NCBI GenBank assembly: GCA_036505635.1
Contig: DASXTC010000038.1
Coordinates: forward strand, 5,109 to 69,108
From: Candidatus Polarisedimenticolia bacterium
Lineage (GTDB): Bacteria; Acidobacteriota; Polarisedimenticolia; JACPZX01; DASXTC01
DNA length: 64,000 bases
Direction of reading: 5' to 3'
Positions 8,195 through 19,704 of this stretch are shown piece after piece. The translations under genes were made by a program, and so were the position numbers. Positions within the stretch are counted from its first letter, which is position 1, and each line of letters starts with the position of its first letter. The notes below the pieces were generated by a model, which worked only from the letters and a program-made list of their open reading frames with translations, had not been told where the DNA came from and did not search any database.

Positions 8195-11100
8195 ACTTCG
8201 ACAAGCGCGCTGCCGTCCTGTACGAGCAGGACCGCCAGGCGATCCTCCGTCGAACCGACCGGCTGTTCGCCGGTCTAATGCTGGTCGAGATGCTGGCGGG
8301 GATGGCCGCGGCCCTCTGGCTCACGCCGCTGAGCTGGAGAGGGCTCTCGAGCACGACCCATCCGCACGTCTGGGCCGCGCTGTTGCTCGGCCCGGTCATC
8401 GTAGGCTTTCCGATCGCGCTCATAGGGCTGCGACCCGGCGCTGTGCTCACACGACATGCCGTGGCCGTCGGCCAGATGCTCATGGGCGGGATGCTCATCC
8501 AGTTCACGGGCGGGCGTATCGAAACACATTTCATCGTTTTCGGAGCTCTGGCTTTTCTCGCATTTTATCGCGACTGGCCGGTTCTAATCACCGCCTCGCT
8601 CGTGGTGGCCGCGGACCATCTGGTGCGCGGCTTTGTCTGGCCCGAGTCGGTCTTCGGCGTCCTGACGGCGCCGATCTGGCGTTCGTTCGAGCACGCGGGC
8701 TGGGTCGTGTTCATCGACATCTTCCTGATAACGGCCTGCCTGCAGGGTGTGCGCGAGATGATGGCCACCGCCGGCCGTCAGGCGCGGCTCGAGACCGTCA
8801 ACGAGAGCATCGAGCAGGAGGTCCAGGCGAGGACCGCGGAGCTCAAGGCGAGCGAGGCGAGGGCGCGCAGCATCCTGGACACGGCGGTGGACGGCATCAT
8901 CATGATCGACACCGCGGGAAGCGTCGAGTGGTTCAATCCGGCCGCCGAGCGGATGTTCGGATACGCGGCTGAGGAGGTGATCGGCCGGAGCGTCAACATG
9001 CTGATGCCGACACCCTACCGCGAGGAGCACGACGGCTACCTCCACCGATACCTCGAGAGCGGCGCGAGGAGGCTCGTGGGCATCCGCCGCGAGTTCCTCG
9101 GCCGGCGCAAGGACGGCTCGACATTGCCTGTCGACATCGGTATCGGCGAGGTGCGGGAGGGGAGCCGGACCTCCTTCACCGCCGTCGTGCGCGACATCAC
9201 GCTGCGCAAGCAGGCGGAGGAGGACCTTCGCGCGGCCAAGGAGGCGGCCGAGGAGGCCACGAAGATCAAATCGAACTTCCTGGCGACCATGAGCCACGAG
9301 ATCCGGACACCGATGAACGGCGTGATCGGCATGACGGGTTTGCTGCTCGACACGAAGCTCGATGAGGAGCAGCGGAAATACGCCGAGACGGTCCGCAGTT
9401 CAGGGCAGGCGCTCCTGACCCTCATCAACGACATCCTCGATTTCTCCAAGATCGAAGCGGGAAAGCTGCAGCTCGAGGTCATCAACTTCGATCTCCGCAC
9501 GGCGGTCGAAGAGGCCGTCGAGCTGCTGGCCGAGCGGGCGTTCACCAAGAAGCTGGAGATCGCCTCGCTCGTGCATCACGACGTTCCCCTCGCGGTTCGC
9601 GGCGACCCCGGGCGCCTGCGGCAGATCCTGATCAACCTGATTGGCAACGCGATCAAGTTCACGTCCAGCGGCGAGGTCATCGTGCGGGCGAGGCAGGAGA
9701 CTCGGACCGCGAACGACGTCGTCGTGCGGTTCGAGGTGACCGACACCGGTTTAGGCATTTCCGGGGACTCGCAGGCAAAGCTCTTCCAGCCCTTCTCGCA
9801 GGCCGACAGCTCCACCACTCGCAAGTTCGGTGGCACCGGGCTGGGTCTCGCCATCTCGCGGCAGCTGGTCGAGCTGATGGGTGGCCAAATCGGCGTGACG
9901 AGCGAGCCGGCTCGTGGAAGCACCTTCTGGTTCACGGTGCGTCTGGAGAAGGTCTCGGAAGAGGCGCTCGAGGCGTGCGGCCGGCGCGACGACCTGCGAG
10001 GTCTTCGAATCCTGGTGGTGGATGACAACGAGACCAACCGCCAGATCGTTCACGCGCAGATCGCCGCTTGGGGGATGTCGTGTGATGCCGCCGACTCGGG
10101 AGTCAGCGCGCTCGCCGTGCTGCGCGCCGCCTCGGGGGGCAGACCGTTCGACCTCGCCGTCCTCGATATGCAGATGCCCGGCATGGATGGCATGGAGCTG
10201 GCCCGGACGATCCGTGCCGACGCCCGTTTCGCCTCCCTGCGTCTCGTGATGATGACGTCGGTGGGGATCCGGGGTCACGCGGAAGTGGCGCGCATCGTCG
10301 GCATCGACGCCTATCTCACCAAACCGGTGCGTCAGTCGCAGCTCTACGATTGCCTGAGGACCGTCATGGGCTCACCGCGTCACGTGGAGCCAGCCGCGAA
10401 GCCTGAGCCGTCGCGTCTGGTCACCGCGCACGTGCTGAAGGAGGCTGAGGCGCGCTCGCGCACCCGTATCCTCGTCGTGGAGGACAACGAGGTGAACCAG
10501 ATGGTCACCGTGCGCATGCTTGAGAAGCTCGGCTACCGTTGCGACGTGGCCGCCAACGGGTTGGAGGCCGTCGAGGCACAGACACGCGTCCCCTATGACG
10601 CGCTCCTCATGGACTGCCAGATGCCGGAGATGGACGGCTACGAGGCCTCCCGAGCGATTCGGGAGAAGGAGGCCCTCTTCGGCGTTCACACACCGATCAT
10701 CGCCATGACCGCCAACGCGATGCAGGGGGATCGCGCGAAATGTCTCGCTGCCGGCATGGACGATTACATCAGCAAACCCGTGCGTCATCCCGATCTGGAA
10801 GCGATTTTGGTCCGGTGGCTGCCTCAATCGCCGCGCACCCCGACTGCCGGCGAGGCGGCCGCCACCCTCGCCGGTACCTTCAGTCCGATCGACACCAGCG
10901 TTCTCGACAACCTTCGCGAAGAAGGCGCGAAGGGAGCCACCGGGTTTCTCGCCGATCTGATCGGCCAGTTTCTACGCAGGGCGCCCGACTGGATCGACAA
11001 GCTTCGCGTGGCCGTCACCCAGGTGGACGCCGACGCGCTCAGGATGGCGGCGCACAACCTCAAGGGGAGCTCCGGCACGATCGGCGCGAACAACCTGGCG

Positions 11101-11232
11101 TCGATTTGCGCCTCGCTCGAGACTCAGGCGAGGGCCGGCTCCATCGGTCAGGTCGCGGGCGAGATGCTCTCGCGTCTTGACGACGAGTTCGCACGGGTGC
11201 GTGAAGCCCTCGAGTCCGAGCTGGATTCCTGA
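8182..11232 (+). CDS. hybrid sensor histidine kinase/response regulator (membrane sensor domain, PAS, HisKA, HATPase_c, two REC domains, Hpt)
   Basis: 1016 aa. N-terminal polytopic membrane region. PAS ([31 protein letters not shown]). H-box [16 protein letters not shown] boxes ([23 protein letters not shown]). REC1 [12 protein letters not shown]...[17 protein letters not shown]2 [12 protein letters not shown]...[13 protein letters not shown]-terminal Hpt ([17 protein letters not shown]). Confidence 0.9.
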   Translation: MPPVDFDKRAAVLYEQDRQAILRRTDRLFAGLMLVEMLAGMAAALWLTPLSWRGLSSTTHPHVWAALLLGPVIVGFPIALIGLRPGAVLTRHAVAVGQMLMGGMLIQFTGGRIETHFIVFGALAFLAFYRDWPVLITASLVVAADHLVRGFVWPESVFGVLTAPIWRSFEHAGWVVFIDIFLITACLQGVREMMATAGRQARLETVNESIEQEVQARTAELKASEARARSILDTAVDGIIMIDTAGSVEWFNPAAERMFGYAAEEVIGRSVNMLMPTPYREEHDGYLHRYLESGARRLVGIRREFLGRRKDGSTLPVDIGIGEVREGSRTSFTAVVRDITLRKQAEEDLRAAKEAAEEATKIKSNFLATMSHEIRTPMNGVIGMTGLLLDTKLDEEQRKYAETVRSSGQALLTLINDILDFSKIEAGKLQLEVINFDLRTAVEEAVELLAERAFTKKLEIASLVHHDVPLAVRGDPGRLRQILINLIGNAIKFTSSGEVIVRARQETRTANDVVVRFEVTDTGLGISGDSQAKLFQPFSQADSSTTRKFGGTGLGLAISRQLVELMGGQIGVTSEPARGSTFWFTVRLEKVSEEALEACGRRDDLRGLRILVVDDNETNRQIVHAQIAAWGMSCDAADSGVSALAVLRAASGGRPFDLAVLDMQMPGMDGMELARTIRADARFASLRLVMMTSVGIRGHAEVARIVGIDAYLTKPVRQSQLYDCLRTVMGSPRHVEPAAKPEPSRLVTAHVLKEAEARSRTRILVVEDNEVNQMVTVRMLEKLGYRCDVAANGLEAVEAQTRVPYDALLMDCQMPEMDGYEASRAIREKEALFGVHTPIIAMTANAMQGDRAKCLAAGMDDYISKPVRHPDLEAILVRWLPQSPRTPTAGEAAATLAGTFSPIDTSVLDNLREEGAKGATGFLADLIGQFLRRAPDWIDKLRVAVTQVDADALRMAAHNLKGSSGTIGANNLASICASLETQARAGSIGQVAGEMLSRLDDEFARVREALESELDS

Positions 11233-11263
11233 AGGGGACTCCACCGGGCCTCGGGCCGCCTTC

Positions 11264-11548
11264 TCAGCGTTCGACCTTGACGTCCTTCCAGAATGCGATA
11301 CGGTCCAGGATCTGCCTGGCCGCGTCCTTGGGGGAGGGGTAGTACCAGGCGCCATCCTTGGCCACGCGGCCGTCGACCACGATGTCGTAATAGCTCGCTT
11401 CGCCTTTCCAGGGGCAGATCGTGCGCGTCGCGCTGTCCTTCAGATACTCCCGCTTGACGGCCGCCCGGGGGAAGTAGTAGTTCCCCTCCACAACGACCCC
11501 CTCGTCGCTCTCGGCGACGACGGTACCGTTGAAGATCGCCCGCGCCAT
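11264..11548 (-). CDS. DUF427 domain protein
   Basis: ORF 11264..11695, preferred start ATG 11548 (MARAIFNG...) with AGGGAG RBS 5 nt upstream. 94 aa with the conserved NYYFPR and ICPWKGEASYY signature of DUF427. Confidence 0.7.
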   Translation of the reverse strand: MARAIFNGTVVAESDEGVVVEGNYYFPRAAVKREYLKDSATRTICPWKGEASYYDIVVDGRVAKDGAWYYPSPKDAARQILDRIAFWKDVKVER

Positions 11549-11906
11549 CAGATCTCTCCCTTCCCGGCGCCCCGCGGCCGTTGGCTCCCTCGACAATCCT
11601 CGAGGGAGCCCTTCGATCGTACTATCATGAGTCGCTCCCGCCGTCTCTCTCGCCGGGACGGATCCCATCATACGCCGGAAGGGGCGGGGGGCCAAGAGAC
11701 GGGCGCACGTGGTGAATCGGAGGCTCGAGCAGCGAGAGCGCGCCGTGACACCTTGCCAGTCGAAGCGCAGAGATGGGATGCAGTATGCAGGACGGGTGAA
11801 AGCTGTTCCAGATCGGAGCGCTCATGAAGATGTGGAGCTCGGGACAGGCCTCACGCGCGGGCTCCGCCGCGACGTCATGGGACGGCGCAGGCGCCACTTC
11901 CCGTCA

Positions 11907-12161
11907 GAACATCGTGTTGTCGTTGGCCGATCTCTCCGGCACGCGCTGGAGCATATCCCGGTGTTCCACTATCCGGCCCTGGTCGTCGAAGCGAAAGATG
12001 TCCATCGCCGGCCAGGGGGCGTCGCCAGGCCATTCCTGAAAGCAATGAAGGATGACGTAGTTGGCCTCGGCGAAGACGCGTTTGAAGTATTCGATGAACG
12101 CCTGTTTGCCGGAGATAATAGAAGGCCTGCGCCGTTCTCTTGTTTCGTTCCAGACTATCGC
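11907..12161 (-). pseudogene. NTF2-like (SnoaL/ester-cyclase-like) gene remnant, no start codon, N-terminus truncated by in-frame stop
   Basis: My own translation of the minus strand gives ...GKQAFIEYFKRVFAEANYVILHCFQEWPGDAPWPAMDIFRFDDQGRIVEHRDMLQRVPERSANDNTMF*, bounded upstream by TGA at 12164-12162. There is no ATG/GTG start ahead of the conserved part. DIFRFDDQGRIVEH is the characteristic C-terminal strand of NTF2-fold proteins. GC is well below the window average. Confidence 0.35.
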
Positions 12162-12259
12162 TCAGGCCATGCCCTCAGCAGGGATCAGGCCAGACTTGCG
12201 GGGGTCGCGAAGTCGGATGCGGTGAGCAGTATATCTTGCTACCACGGGGTGGAGACGTC

Positions 12260-13444
12260 ATGGTCCATCGCACATGCATGCTCGTACTGTTGCTCTCGTT
12301 CTGCGCCAGTGCCGGCGCCGGCGCCGGCGCGGGCGACCCAGTAAGTATCGGTGAATCACGGCGTATCCATTCAACCCTGCTCAACGAGGACCGGGAGTAC
12401 CAGCTCTATCTGCCTGACAGCTATAAATGGGCGAAGGATCGGCGTTACCCGGTCCTCTACGTCCTCGATGGCAAGACTCATTTCGTCCACACCGTTGGTT
12501 CAGTGGGTTTCCTCGCCTCGAAGGGAGAGATCCCTGAAATGATCGTGGTAGCGGTCGCCAGCACAGTGCGGGTGAGGGATTTCACTCAGACGGACTGGCC
12601 CAGTGCCTGGATCGGCGGCGGCGGCGCGGACAATTTCAGGCGCTTCCTGTCGAACGAGCTCATACCGGAGATCGACATGACCTGGCGCACGGATGGGTTC
12701 CGGATGCTCTCCGGTCATTCCGCGGGCGGGCAGTTCGTCCTGTATTGCCTGACATCAGCGCCGGCGCTGTTTCAGGCTTATTTCGCGCTGAGCCCAAGTC
12801 TCGATTGGGACGACAACCTGCCGCAACGGTCACTGGGGAAGTCCTTCGAATCGACCCGCAGCTTGCCGGCGTTCCTGTACGTTGCCCGCTCGGATGATTC
12901 CGGGCGCGCCCTCGCCGACTACGAGCGGCTCGTCGAGACGCTCAGGACGAAATCCCCGCAGGGATTCCGCTGGCACAGCCAGGCATTCCCGGAAGAAACG
13001 CACGTCAGCGTTCCCTTGCTCGCGCAGATCGATGCCCTGCGCCACCTCTACACGGGATACCGGTTTCACAACGACCTGCTGGAGAAAGGGTTCCAGTTCG
13101 CGCAAGCGCATTTTCAGGACGTGTCGAAGACGGTGGGATGGCCGATCGCCATTCCGGAGGGCGTGATAAACAGCCTGGGCTATGCCGCGCTATCCGCGGG
13201 GAAGACCGAGGATGCTATTGCATTGTTCAAGCGTAATGTCGAGGCCAACCCGAACTCCGCCAATGCCTATGACAGTCTGGCGGAGGGGTATGCGAAAGCC
13301 GGAATGTGGAAGGATGCCGCACGTGCATCGGATAGGGCGGTCGCCCTGGCCATCGAGTACGACCATCCCAGCCGAGCCTACTTCATCGAGCAAGCCAGGA
13401 AGTTGAATGAGCGACTCAAACAGGAGTCCGGGAATCCAAAGTGA
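12260..13444 (+). CDS. secreted alpha/beta-hydrolase esterase (putative esterase/enterochelin-esterase-like fold) with C-terminal TPR-like repeats
   Basis: ORF 12140..13444, preferred start ATG 12260 (GGAG 5 nt upstream; MVHRTCMLVLLLSFCASAGAGAGA signal peptide). GHSAGG nucleophile elbow (GxSxG). YVLDG...FV motif of the PF00756-type esterases. C-terminal TPR-like helices. GC is clearly lower than flanks. Confidence 0.7.
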   Translation: MVHRTCMLVLLLSFCASAGAGAGAGDPVSIGESRRIHSTLLNEDREYQLYLPDSYKWAKDRRYPVLYVLDGKTHFVHTVGSVGFLASKGEIPEMIVVAVASTVRVRDFTQTDWPSAWIGGGGADNFRRFLSNELIPEIDMTWRTDGFRMLSGHSAGGQFVLYCLTSAPALFQAYFALSPSLDWDDNLPQRSLGKSFESTRSLPAFLYVARSDDSGRALADYERLVETLRTKSPQGFRWHSQAFPEETHVSVPLLAQIDALRHLYTGYRFHNDLLEKGFQFAQAHFQDVSKTVGWPIAIPEGVINSLGYAALSAGKTEDAIALFKRNVEANPNSANAYDSLAEGYAKAGMWKDAARASDRAVALAIEYDHPSRAYFIEQARKLNERLKQESGNPK

Positions 13445-13471
13445 TCCCTGATTGTTCGTTCAAGCGGACGT

Positions 13472-15214
<1,743 letters not shown>

Positions 15215-15263
15215 GTGGCCGCCATCATAGGCGAGGGAGGACCGCACCTCAAGAAAAATCCGG

Positions 15264-15767
15264 TCAAGGTCCGGCGAGGTGCCGCAGCCTCTCCGCGAGG
15301 TCCAGCCGGTTCAGGTCCCCCATCAGGATCCGATCCGCCACGCGCCCATCCCGCCCCACGATGAGCGTCACGGGAAGCGAGAGGACGCCGTACTCCTCCG
15401 CGACCTTCCCGCGCGAGTCCATGAGCACGGGAAAGGTCAGCCCGGATCCTTCAACGTAGGCGCGCACCTTCCTGGGCCTCTCGCCAAGGTTGACCGCGAG
15501 CACCGCTACGTCGTCCGCGTGGGCGCGCGACACCTCCTCCAGGATCGGCATCTCCTGCCGGCAGACGGCGCACCAGGTGGCCCAGAAGTGCAGGAGCACC
15601 ACGCGACCCTTGTAGTCCGAAAGCAGGACCTGCTTTCCCGCGAGATCGCTCAGGGCGAAGAGGGGCGCCCGGCTGCCGGCGGCCAACTCGCCCGAGGAGG
15701 CGGGGGCGGCACAGAGGGCCAATCCAGACAGCAACGTCACGACGGCAGCAAGGCGCCTCACGAGCAT
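15264..15767 (-). CDS. TlpA/ResA-like periplasmic thiol:disulfide oxidoreductase (thioredoxin fold)
   Basis: 167 aa. Signal peptide. [17 protein letters not shown] is the WCxxC motif of TlpA-family thioredoxins. Start within first 3 codons (ATG 15767 or GTG 15761; GGAGG abuts the ATG). Lies 4 nt downstream of the OMP gene on the same strand. Confidence 0.8.
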   Translation of the reverse strand: MLVRRLAAVVTLLSGLALCAAPASSGELAAGSRAPLFALSDLAGKQVLLSDYKGRVVLLHFWATWCAVCRQEMPILEEVSRAHADDVAVLAVNLGERPRKVRAYVEGSGLTFPVLMDSRGKVAEEYGVLSLPVTLIVGRDGRVADRILMGDLNRLDLAERLRHLAGP

Positions 15768-15771
15768 CCTC

Positions 15772-16785
15772 CTAGAAAGTCTTCGAGAGCCCGGTCAGCA
15801 GGCCCGTCCGCGGCGCGAGCTGGGCGTCCCTGACGTCCTGGTATACCGGAGCCTGCAGGAAAAAATAGAACGAGCTCGAGGTGGACATGTAACAACGCAC
15901 CCCTGGTGTGAGGTTCACGAAGGTCGCCCCGGTCGAGGGAACCTTGTCGCCAAGGTACCGGTCGGCCGCCGTCCTTCGTCCGTTGAGCTGCACCGACCAG
16001 CTCCACCTGTCCCTCACACGATAGCTGATCCCCGCGTTGGCGAGGCTCTCGGCCCCGAACCGGTAGTCGAGGTCGTTCTCCGAGTTCCACTTGTGTGACC
16101 CGGAGACGAAGTACTCGAATCGAACCGGGATCCACTGGTGCGCGTAGTAGGCGCTCGCGATGAGGTCGGTGGAGCCGGAGCCGGGCTGGATGGTCGGCTC
16201 GTTGATCTCCCCCTCGCTGTCTCGCAGCCTGTACTGGCCCGTGGGCAGCTTGAGGGTCAGCCCGCCCACCAGGAGGTCCTTTGTCCTGACGAGAAACGCG
16301 TAGCGCCCCCCCAGCCGCGCGTCGCCGAACCCCGAGGAGCCGTCCTGTCGCGTGAAGGACTCGTTGGGAGTGCCGACGTCGTCGTAGTGCTCATGGTCAC
16401 GCTCGTTCAGCAGCGGGAGCGACGCCGCGAGGCTCAGGCGGCCGGTGACCCCCCAGGCCAGGTCGAGCTGGACAAGGCTGTTCTGGGTCCTGATCTCCCG
16501 GTGATGATCGGGCTCCAGCTCTCCGTTCTCGAAGTCGACCTTGGGAGTCAGGACCTCCCTCACGCCGTGTGTGCCCTCGAGCTTTCTGTCCTGGACGACG
16601 TAGCGGAACGACAGATTCAGGGTGATCTCACCCTTCGAGCCCACGCCCTCCTGCGTCCCGGTCACAAGGAAACAGTTGGCCGATCCACAGGTGGCGCCGG
16701 CCGGCGAGACGGCGAGAACGCCGCAGGAGATCACGAGGGCAGCCCCTCCGAGGATTCCCCGGAAACGAGATTGATGATGGTGCAT
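15772..16785 (-). CDS. outer-membrane beta-barrel protein
   Basis: ORF 15772..16824, start at ATG 16785 (GAAGGAGA RBS 8 nt upstream; MHHHQSRF...). Signal peptide. Strand-like alternating pattern. C-terminal ...LSKTF with terminal Phe. Confidence 0.6.
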   Translation of the reverse strand: MHHHQSRFRGILGGAALVISCGVLAVSPAGATCGSANCFLVTGTQEGVGSKGEITLNLSFRYVVQDRKLEGTHGVREVLTPKVDFENGELEPDHHREIRTQNSLVQLDLAWGVTGRLSLAASLPLLNERDHEHYDDVGTPNESFTRQDGSSGFGDARLGGRYAFLVRTKDLLVGGLTLKLPTGQYRLRDSEGEINEPTIQPGSGSTDLIASAYYAHQWIPVRFEYFVSGSHKWNSENDLDYRFGAESLANAGISYRVRDRWSWSVQLNGRRTAADRYLGDKVPSTGATFVNLTPGVRCYMSTSSSFYFFLQAPVYQDVRDAQLAPRTGLLTGLSKTF

Positions 16786-16879
16786 GAAAGGATCTCCTTC
16801 CAGAAGCGGACCGGATGGACGCATCCCCGGCCGCGGGAAAGACGAGCTTCATGGTGGTCTGATCGACGGAGGCGTCGGA

Positions 16880-17221
16880 TCAGCAGGATGCGCGCGGGGG
16901 AGGATCTGGCGGGGCGGTGGGAAGGTCCAGGGGGGTTTGCGCGCCCTCCATCGCGAGACGCAGGCGCCGGGGATGCGGCGAGGGTCCGACCGGCGCCGGA
17001 AGCAATGCGGCCTTTCCGACCGCCGGGGAGGTCGATGACTCCGCCGGAGCCTCGCTGTGGCAGGGTCGTTTCAGGAAGCAGTGGTCCTTCGCCGGTCCCG
17101 AGCCGCAGCGGCATTCCTTGCTGCACATGGCGCAGGCGACCTCCGGCCCGCCGGCGAGCCGGCCGGCGAGGAGCGCGGCCAAGGCGATCAGGAGAAGGGC
17201 TGCCGGGGTCTGACGGGACAT
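16880..17221 (-). CDS. small secreted cysteine-rich protein (hypothetical)
   Basis: ORF 16880..17236, start at M6 (ATG 17221; GAGGAG RBS 7 nt upstream). Signal peptide LLLIALAALLAG. Cluster CAMCSKECRCGSGPAKDHCFLKRPCH (7 Cys, 2 His in 27 aa). First gene of the minus-strand operon with the OMP and TlpA genes. Confidence 0.4.
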   Translation of the reverse strand: MSRQTPAALLLIALAALLAGRLAGGPEVACAMCSKECRCGSGPAKDHCFLKRPCHSEAPAESSTSPAVGKAALLPAPVGPSPHPRRLRLAMEGAQTPLDLPTAPPDPPPRASC

Positions 17222-17282
17222 CTGCGCTCTCCTCACGGGACCGACTCACTCTATCACGTCACGCCGAGCGCACGCCGGAACA

Positions 17283-17334
17283 AAAAAACGGGGCCCGGCC
17301 ATGTCACGCAACCGAGCCCCGTTTAATAAGCGCT
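17283..17334 (-). terminator. rho-independent terminator (hairpin + T-tract on minus strand)
   Basis: Plus strand AAAAAAACGGGGC(17283-17295)...GCCCCGTTT(17326-17334): 9-bp GC-rich stem. Read on the minus strand it is followed by TTTTTTT. Lies 140 nt downstream of the 17476..17892 gene. Confidence 0.5.
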
Positions 17335-17475
17335 GCTGAGAGGTGTCCAGGCTCTCGCGCGCTTGGGGGGGGAGATTCACTGGGAGGCGCCGCGGGTTGG
17401 GGGTTCCCTTCCGATCGTTGGGGGGGACCTTCAGGGAGGAGAGATGCGGCGCCTCCCAATCTTGTCGATCTCTAG

Positions 17476-17892
17476 TCAGTCATCATGGCCCCAGTGACCT
17501 CTCAGGTGTTGAGCGTGAGTCCGCAGACGATTCCGCAGGAACTGCACGTGGGGCGGCAGCGGAATGCGAGGGCGAGCCACGCGGTGGATGACCGGTCTTG
17601 CGTACGGGTAGTACTGATATCTCGGATAGTAGTGGGCGTAGACCCCCTGGCGAGGGTAGTAGTAGATCGGCCCGCGGGAGCAGTATGCGGGCGAGTAGTG
17701 CACGTGCCCGTACAGGTAGGGGTTGCCGTAGGAGTATCCGACCACCGCCGCGGGTCCTCCGCCGATGACGATCTCGCCGCTGACGTAGGTGTGGGCCTGT
17801 GCGTCCGAAGCGCCTCCCGACAGGAGCAGGGCCAAGGGCGACAGTGTGAAGATCGCCGCCGCGACCGCCGGTCTCTTCAGCATGCTCAGCAT
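17476..17892 (-). CDS. secreted Tyr/Pro-rich hypothetical protein
   Basis: ORF 17476..17958, start at M23 (ATG 17892; AGGAAGGAGG RBS 8 nt upstream). Signal peptide (AIFTLSPLALLLSGGASDAQA). Mature part dominated by Y/P/R/H (YYYPRQGVYAHYYPRYQYYPYARP). Confidence 0.45.
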   Translation of the reverse strand: MLSMLKRPAVAAAIFTLSPLALLLSGGASDAQAHTYVSGEIVIGGGPAAVVGYSYGNPYLYGHVHYSPAYCSRGPIYYYPRQGVYAHYYPRYQYYPYARPVIHRVARPRIPLPPHVQFLRNRLRTHAQHLRGHWGHDD

Positions 17893-18447
17893 CGTTCTGC
17901 CCTCCTTCCTTCGTCGTGAATCAGTTTCCGATCTCCCATTTAGCACGGCCCGTGCCACGTGGACCGGCCCGCGTGGTGTGAGCTTAAGTATCTGTAATAC
18001 ATAGGGTTGTTGGATAACGAGGCGAGCGCGAGGATCCTGAGTTCGTGTCCCCGCAGGGCGTCAGATCGTCCGGTCCCGTCCAACAGAGTGGTCACATTCG
18101 GCGCGCTCCGGATCCACGCGCCTCGCCCTCCACGCGGCCGCGCGAGACGCGGCGCGTTTCGCCGCTCTGCAGGCAGACGGTCTCCTACAACATTTACCGG
18201 GGCGAGTATTCCTCGGGATGGCCGGGGGCCCACTCCTATGCCTGCCTGCTGGCTGCGCTCCTGGACCCGGGCTGTTACGATTCCGACCTGCCCCCAGCGG
18301 GCGCCTCCTATTACTACCTCGCCACCGGGCGGAATTGCTTCGGTGAGGGAACGAACGGCGCCCACAGCGCGGGCGCTCCCCGGCCGATGCCGGCGGCATG
18401 CCCGTAGGGCAGGTGAAAACGAACCCGCGGGCGTGTTATAAGGACTC

Positions 18448-19704
18448 ATGTCTTCCGCACCCTGCCTGCGCCTCTACCGGGACGATTCGTACCTGAGAGA
18501 GTTCACGGCGCGCGTAACGGCCTGCGAGCCCGCGGGGGCGGATTTCGTCGCGATCGAGCTGGATCGGACCGCCTTCTATCCCACGGGCGGGGGGCAGCCT
18601 CACGACACGGGGACGCTGGCGGGAGTTCCCGTCGTGGAGGTGCGCGAAGGGGGAGACGGGCGGATCCTGCATATGACCCGCGGCTCCGAACCTCTCTCGG
18701 GGGAGATCGCCGGCGAGATCGACTGGCGGCGGCGATTCGATCACATGCAGCAGCACACGGGGCAGCACATCCTCTCTCGCGCCTTCGTGCGGATCGCCGG
18801 GGCGGCCACCAGGTCGTTTCATCTCGGCGAGCAGTCGTGCACGATCGATCTCGATCTCGCAGATCCGGATGAGGGGTTGATCCGGCGGGCCGAGGCGCTG
18901 GCCAACGAGAACATCTTTGCCGATCACGCCGTGGCGGTCGATCAGGTTCTCGCGGATCGCGCGCCGGGCATTGCCGCCAACATGAACCTGGCGCGGGAGC
19001 TGGCGCTCAAGCCGGGGGACGCCATCCGGATCGTGAAGGTCGGTCCCTTCGACGAGACGCCGTGCGGCGGGACGCACGTGGCGCGAAGCGGCGAGGTCGG
19101 CGCGGTCGCCATCCGCTCCTGGGAACGCTTCAAAGGGGGCACGCGCGTGAGCTTCCTGTGCGGCGCGCGGGTCGTTTCGGCCCTGGCCGGGATGGGCGCG
19201 GTGGTGGATGCCTGCGTGGGCCGGCTGTCGGCTCAGCCCGAAGAGCTGCCCGGCGCGATTGGCCGACTCCAGGATCAGCTTGCGGAGGCCCGCCGCGCCA
19301 CAAAGCTCCTCAACGAGGCGCTGGTGGGGGCCGAGGCGGTGGCGCGTGACGCGTCGGCGCGGCTGGCCGGCACCTGCCGGGTGATCGTCGAGGTCTTTCC
19401 CGAGCGACCCATCGATGACGTGCTGCTGCTGGCGCAGAAATACACCCTGACCGCCGGCCGGGTCGCGCTTCTGGCCGCGGTGGAGATGGCCACGGGCCGG
19501 GCGAGCCTCGTCTTCGCGCGCTCCGACAAGGGGACCCCCGCCGATCTGAAGATGGGCGACATCCTCGCGCATGTCTGCAGGTCCCGGGGCGGCAAGGGGG
19601 GCGGCGGGCCGGCGTTGGCGCAGGGCGGCGGGCTCGTGGCCGAGACGGCGCTGTCCGCCCTCGAGGAGGCCTTCGGGATCGTCTCGGCGCGCCTGGCATC
19701 ATGA
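18448..19704 (+). CDS. alaX: alanyl-tRNA editing protein AlaX (AlaRS editing-domain homolog, AlaX-M/L type)
   Basis: 418 aa. Zinc-binding HxxxH (HTGQHIL) and CxxxH (CGGTHV) motifs of the AlaRS second-additional/editing domain. Gly-rich C-terminus. Confidence 0.8.
   Translation: MSSAPCLRLYRDDSYLREFTARVTACEPAGADFVAIELDRTAFYPTGGGQPHDTGTLAGVPVVEVREGGDGRILHMTRGSEPLSGEIAGEIDWRRRFDHMQQHTGQHILSRAFVRIAGAATRSFHLGEQSCTIDLDLADPDEGLIRRAEALANENIFADHAVAVDQVLADRAPGIAANMNLARELALKPGDAIRIVKVGPFDETPCGGTHVARSGEVGAVAIRSWERFKGGTRVSFLCGARVVSALAGMGAVVDACVGRLSAQPEELPGAIGRLQDQLAEARRATKLLNEALVGAEAVARDASARLAGTCRVIVEVFPERPIDDVLLLAQKYTLTAGRVALLAAVEMATGRASLVFARSDKGTPADLKMGDILAHVCRSRGGKGGGGPALAQGGGLVAETALSALEEAFGIVSARLAS

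Noticed and set aside
11709-12344. 211-aa plus-strand ORF across the DUF427/NTF2-remnant/esterase region
   Set aside because: No motifs, and it overlaps the minus-strand NTF2-like reading frame and the esterase RBS. It fails to explain the conserved IFRFDDQGRIVEH segment found on the other strand.
12301-12345. GCCGGCGCC tandem repeats (gccggcgccggcgccggcgcgggc)
   Set aside because: Encodes the AGAGAGAG stretch of the esterase signal-peptide region; a simple coding microsatellite, not a CRISPR or regulatory repeat.
16138-17475. 445-aa plus-strand ORF spanning the OMP / small-protein region
   Set aside because: Antisense to two genes with RBSs and signal peptides; composition Arg/Gly/Pro/Ala-rich without any domain signature.
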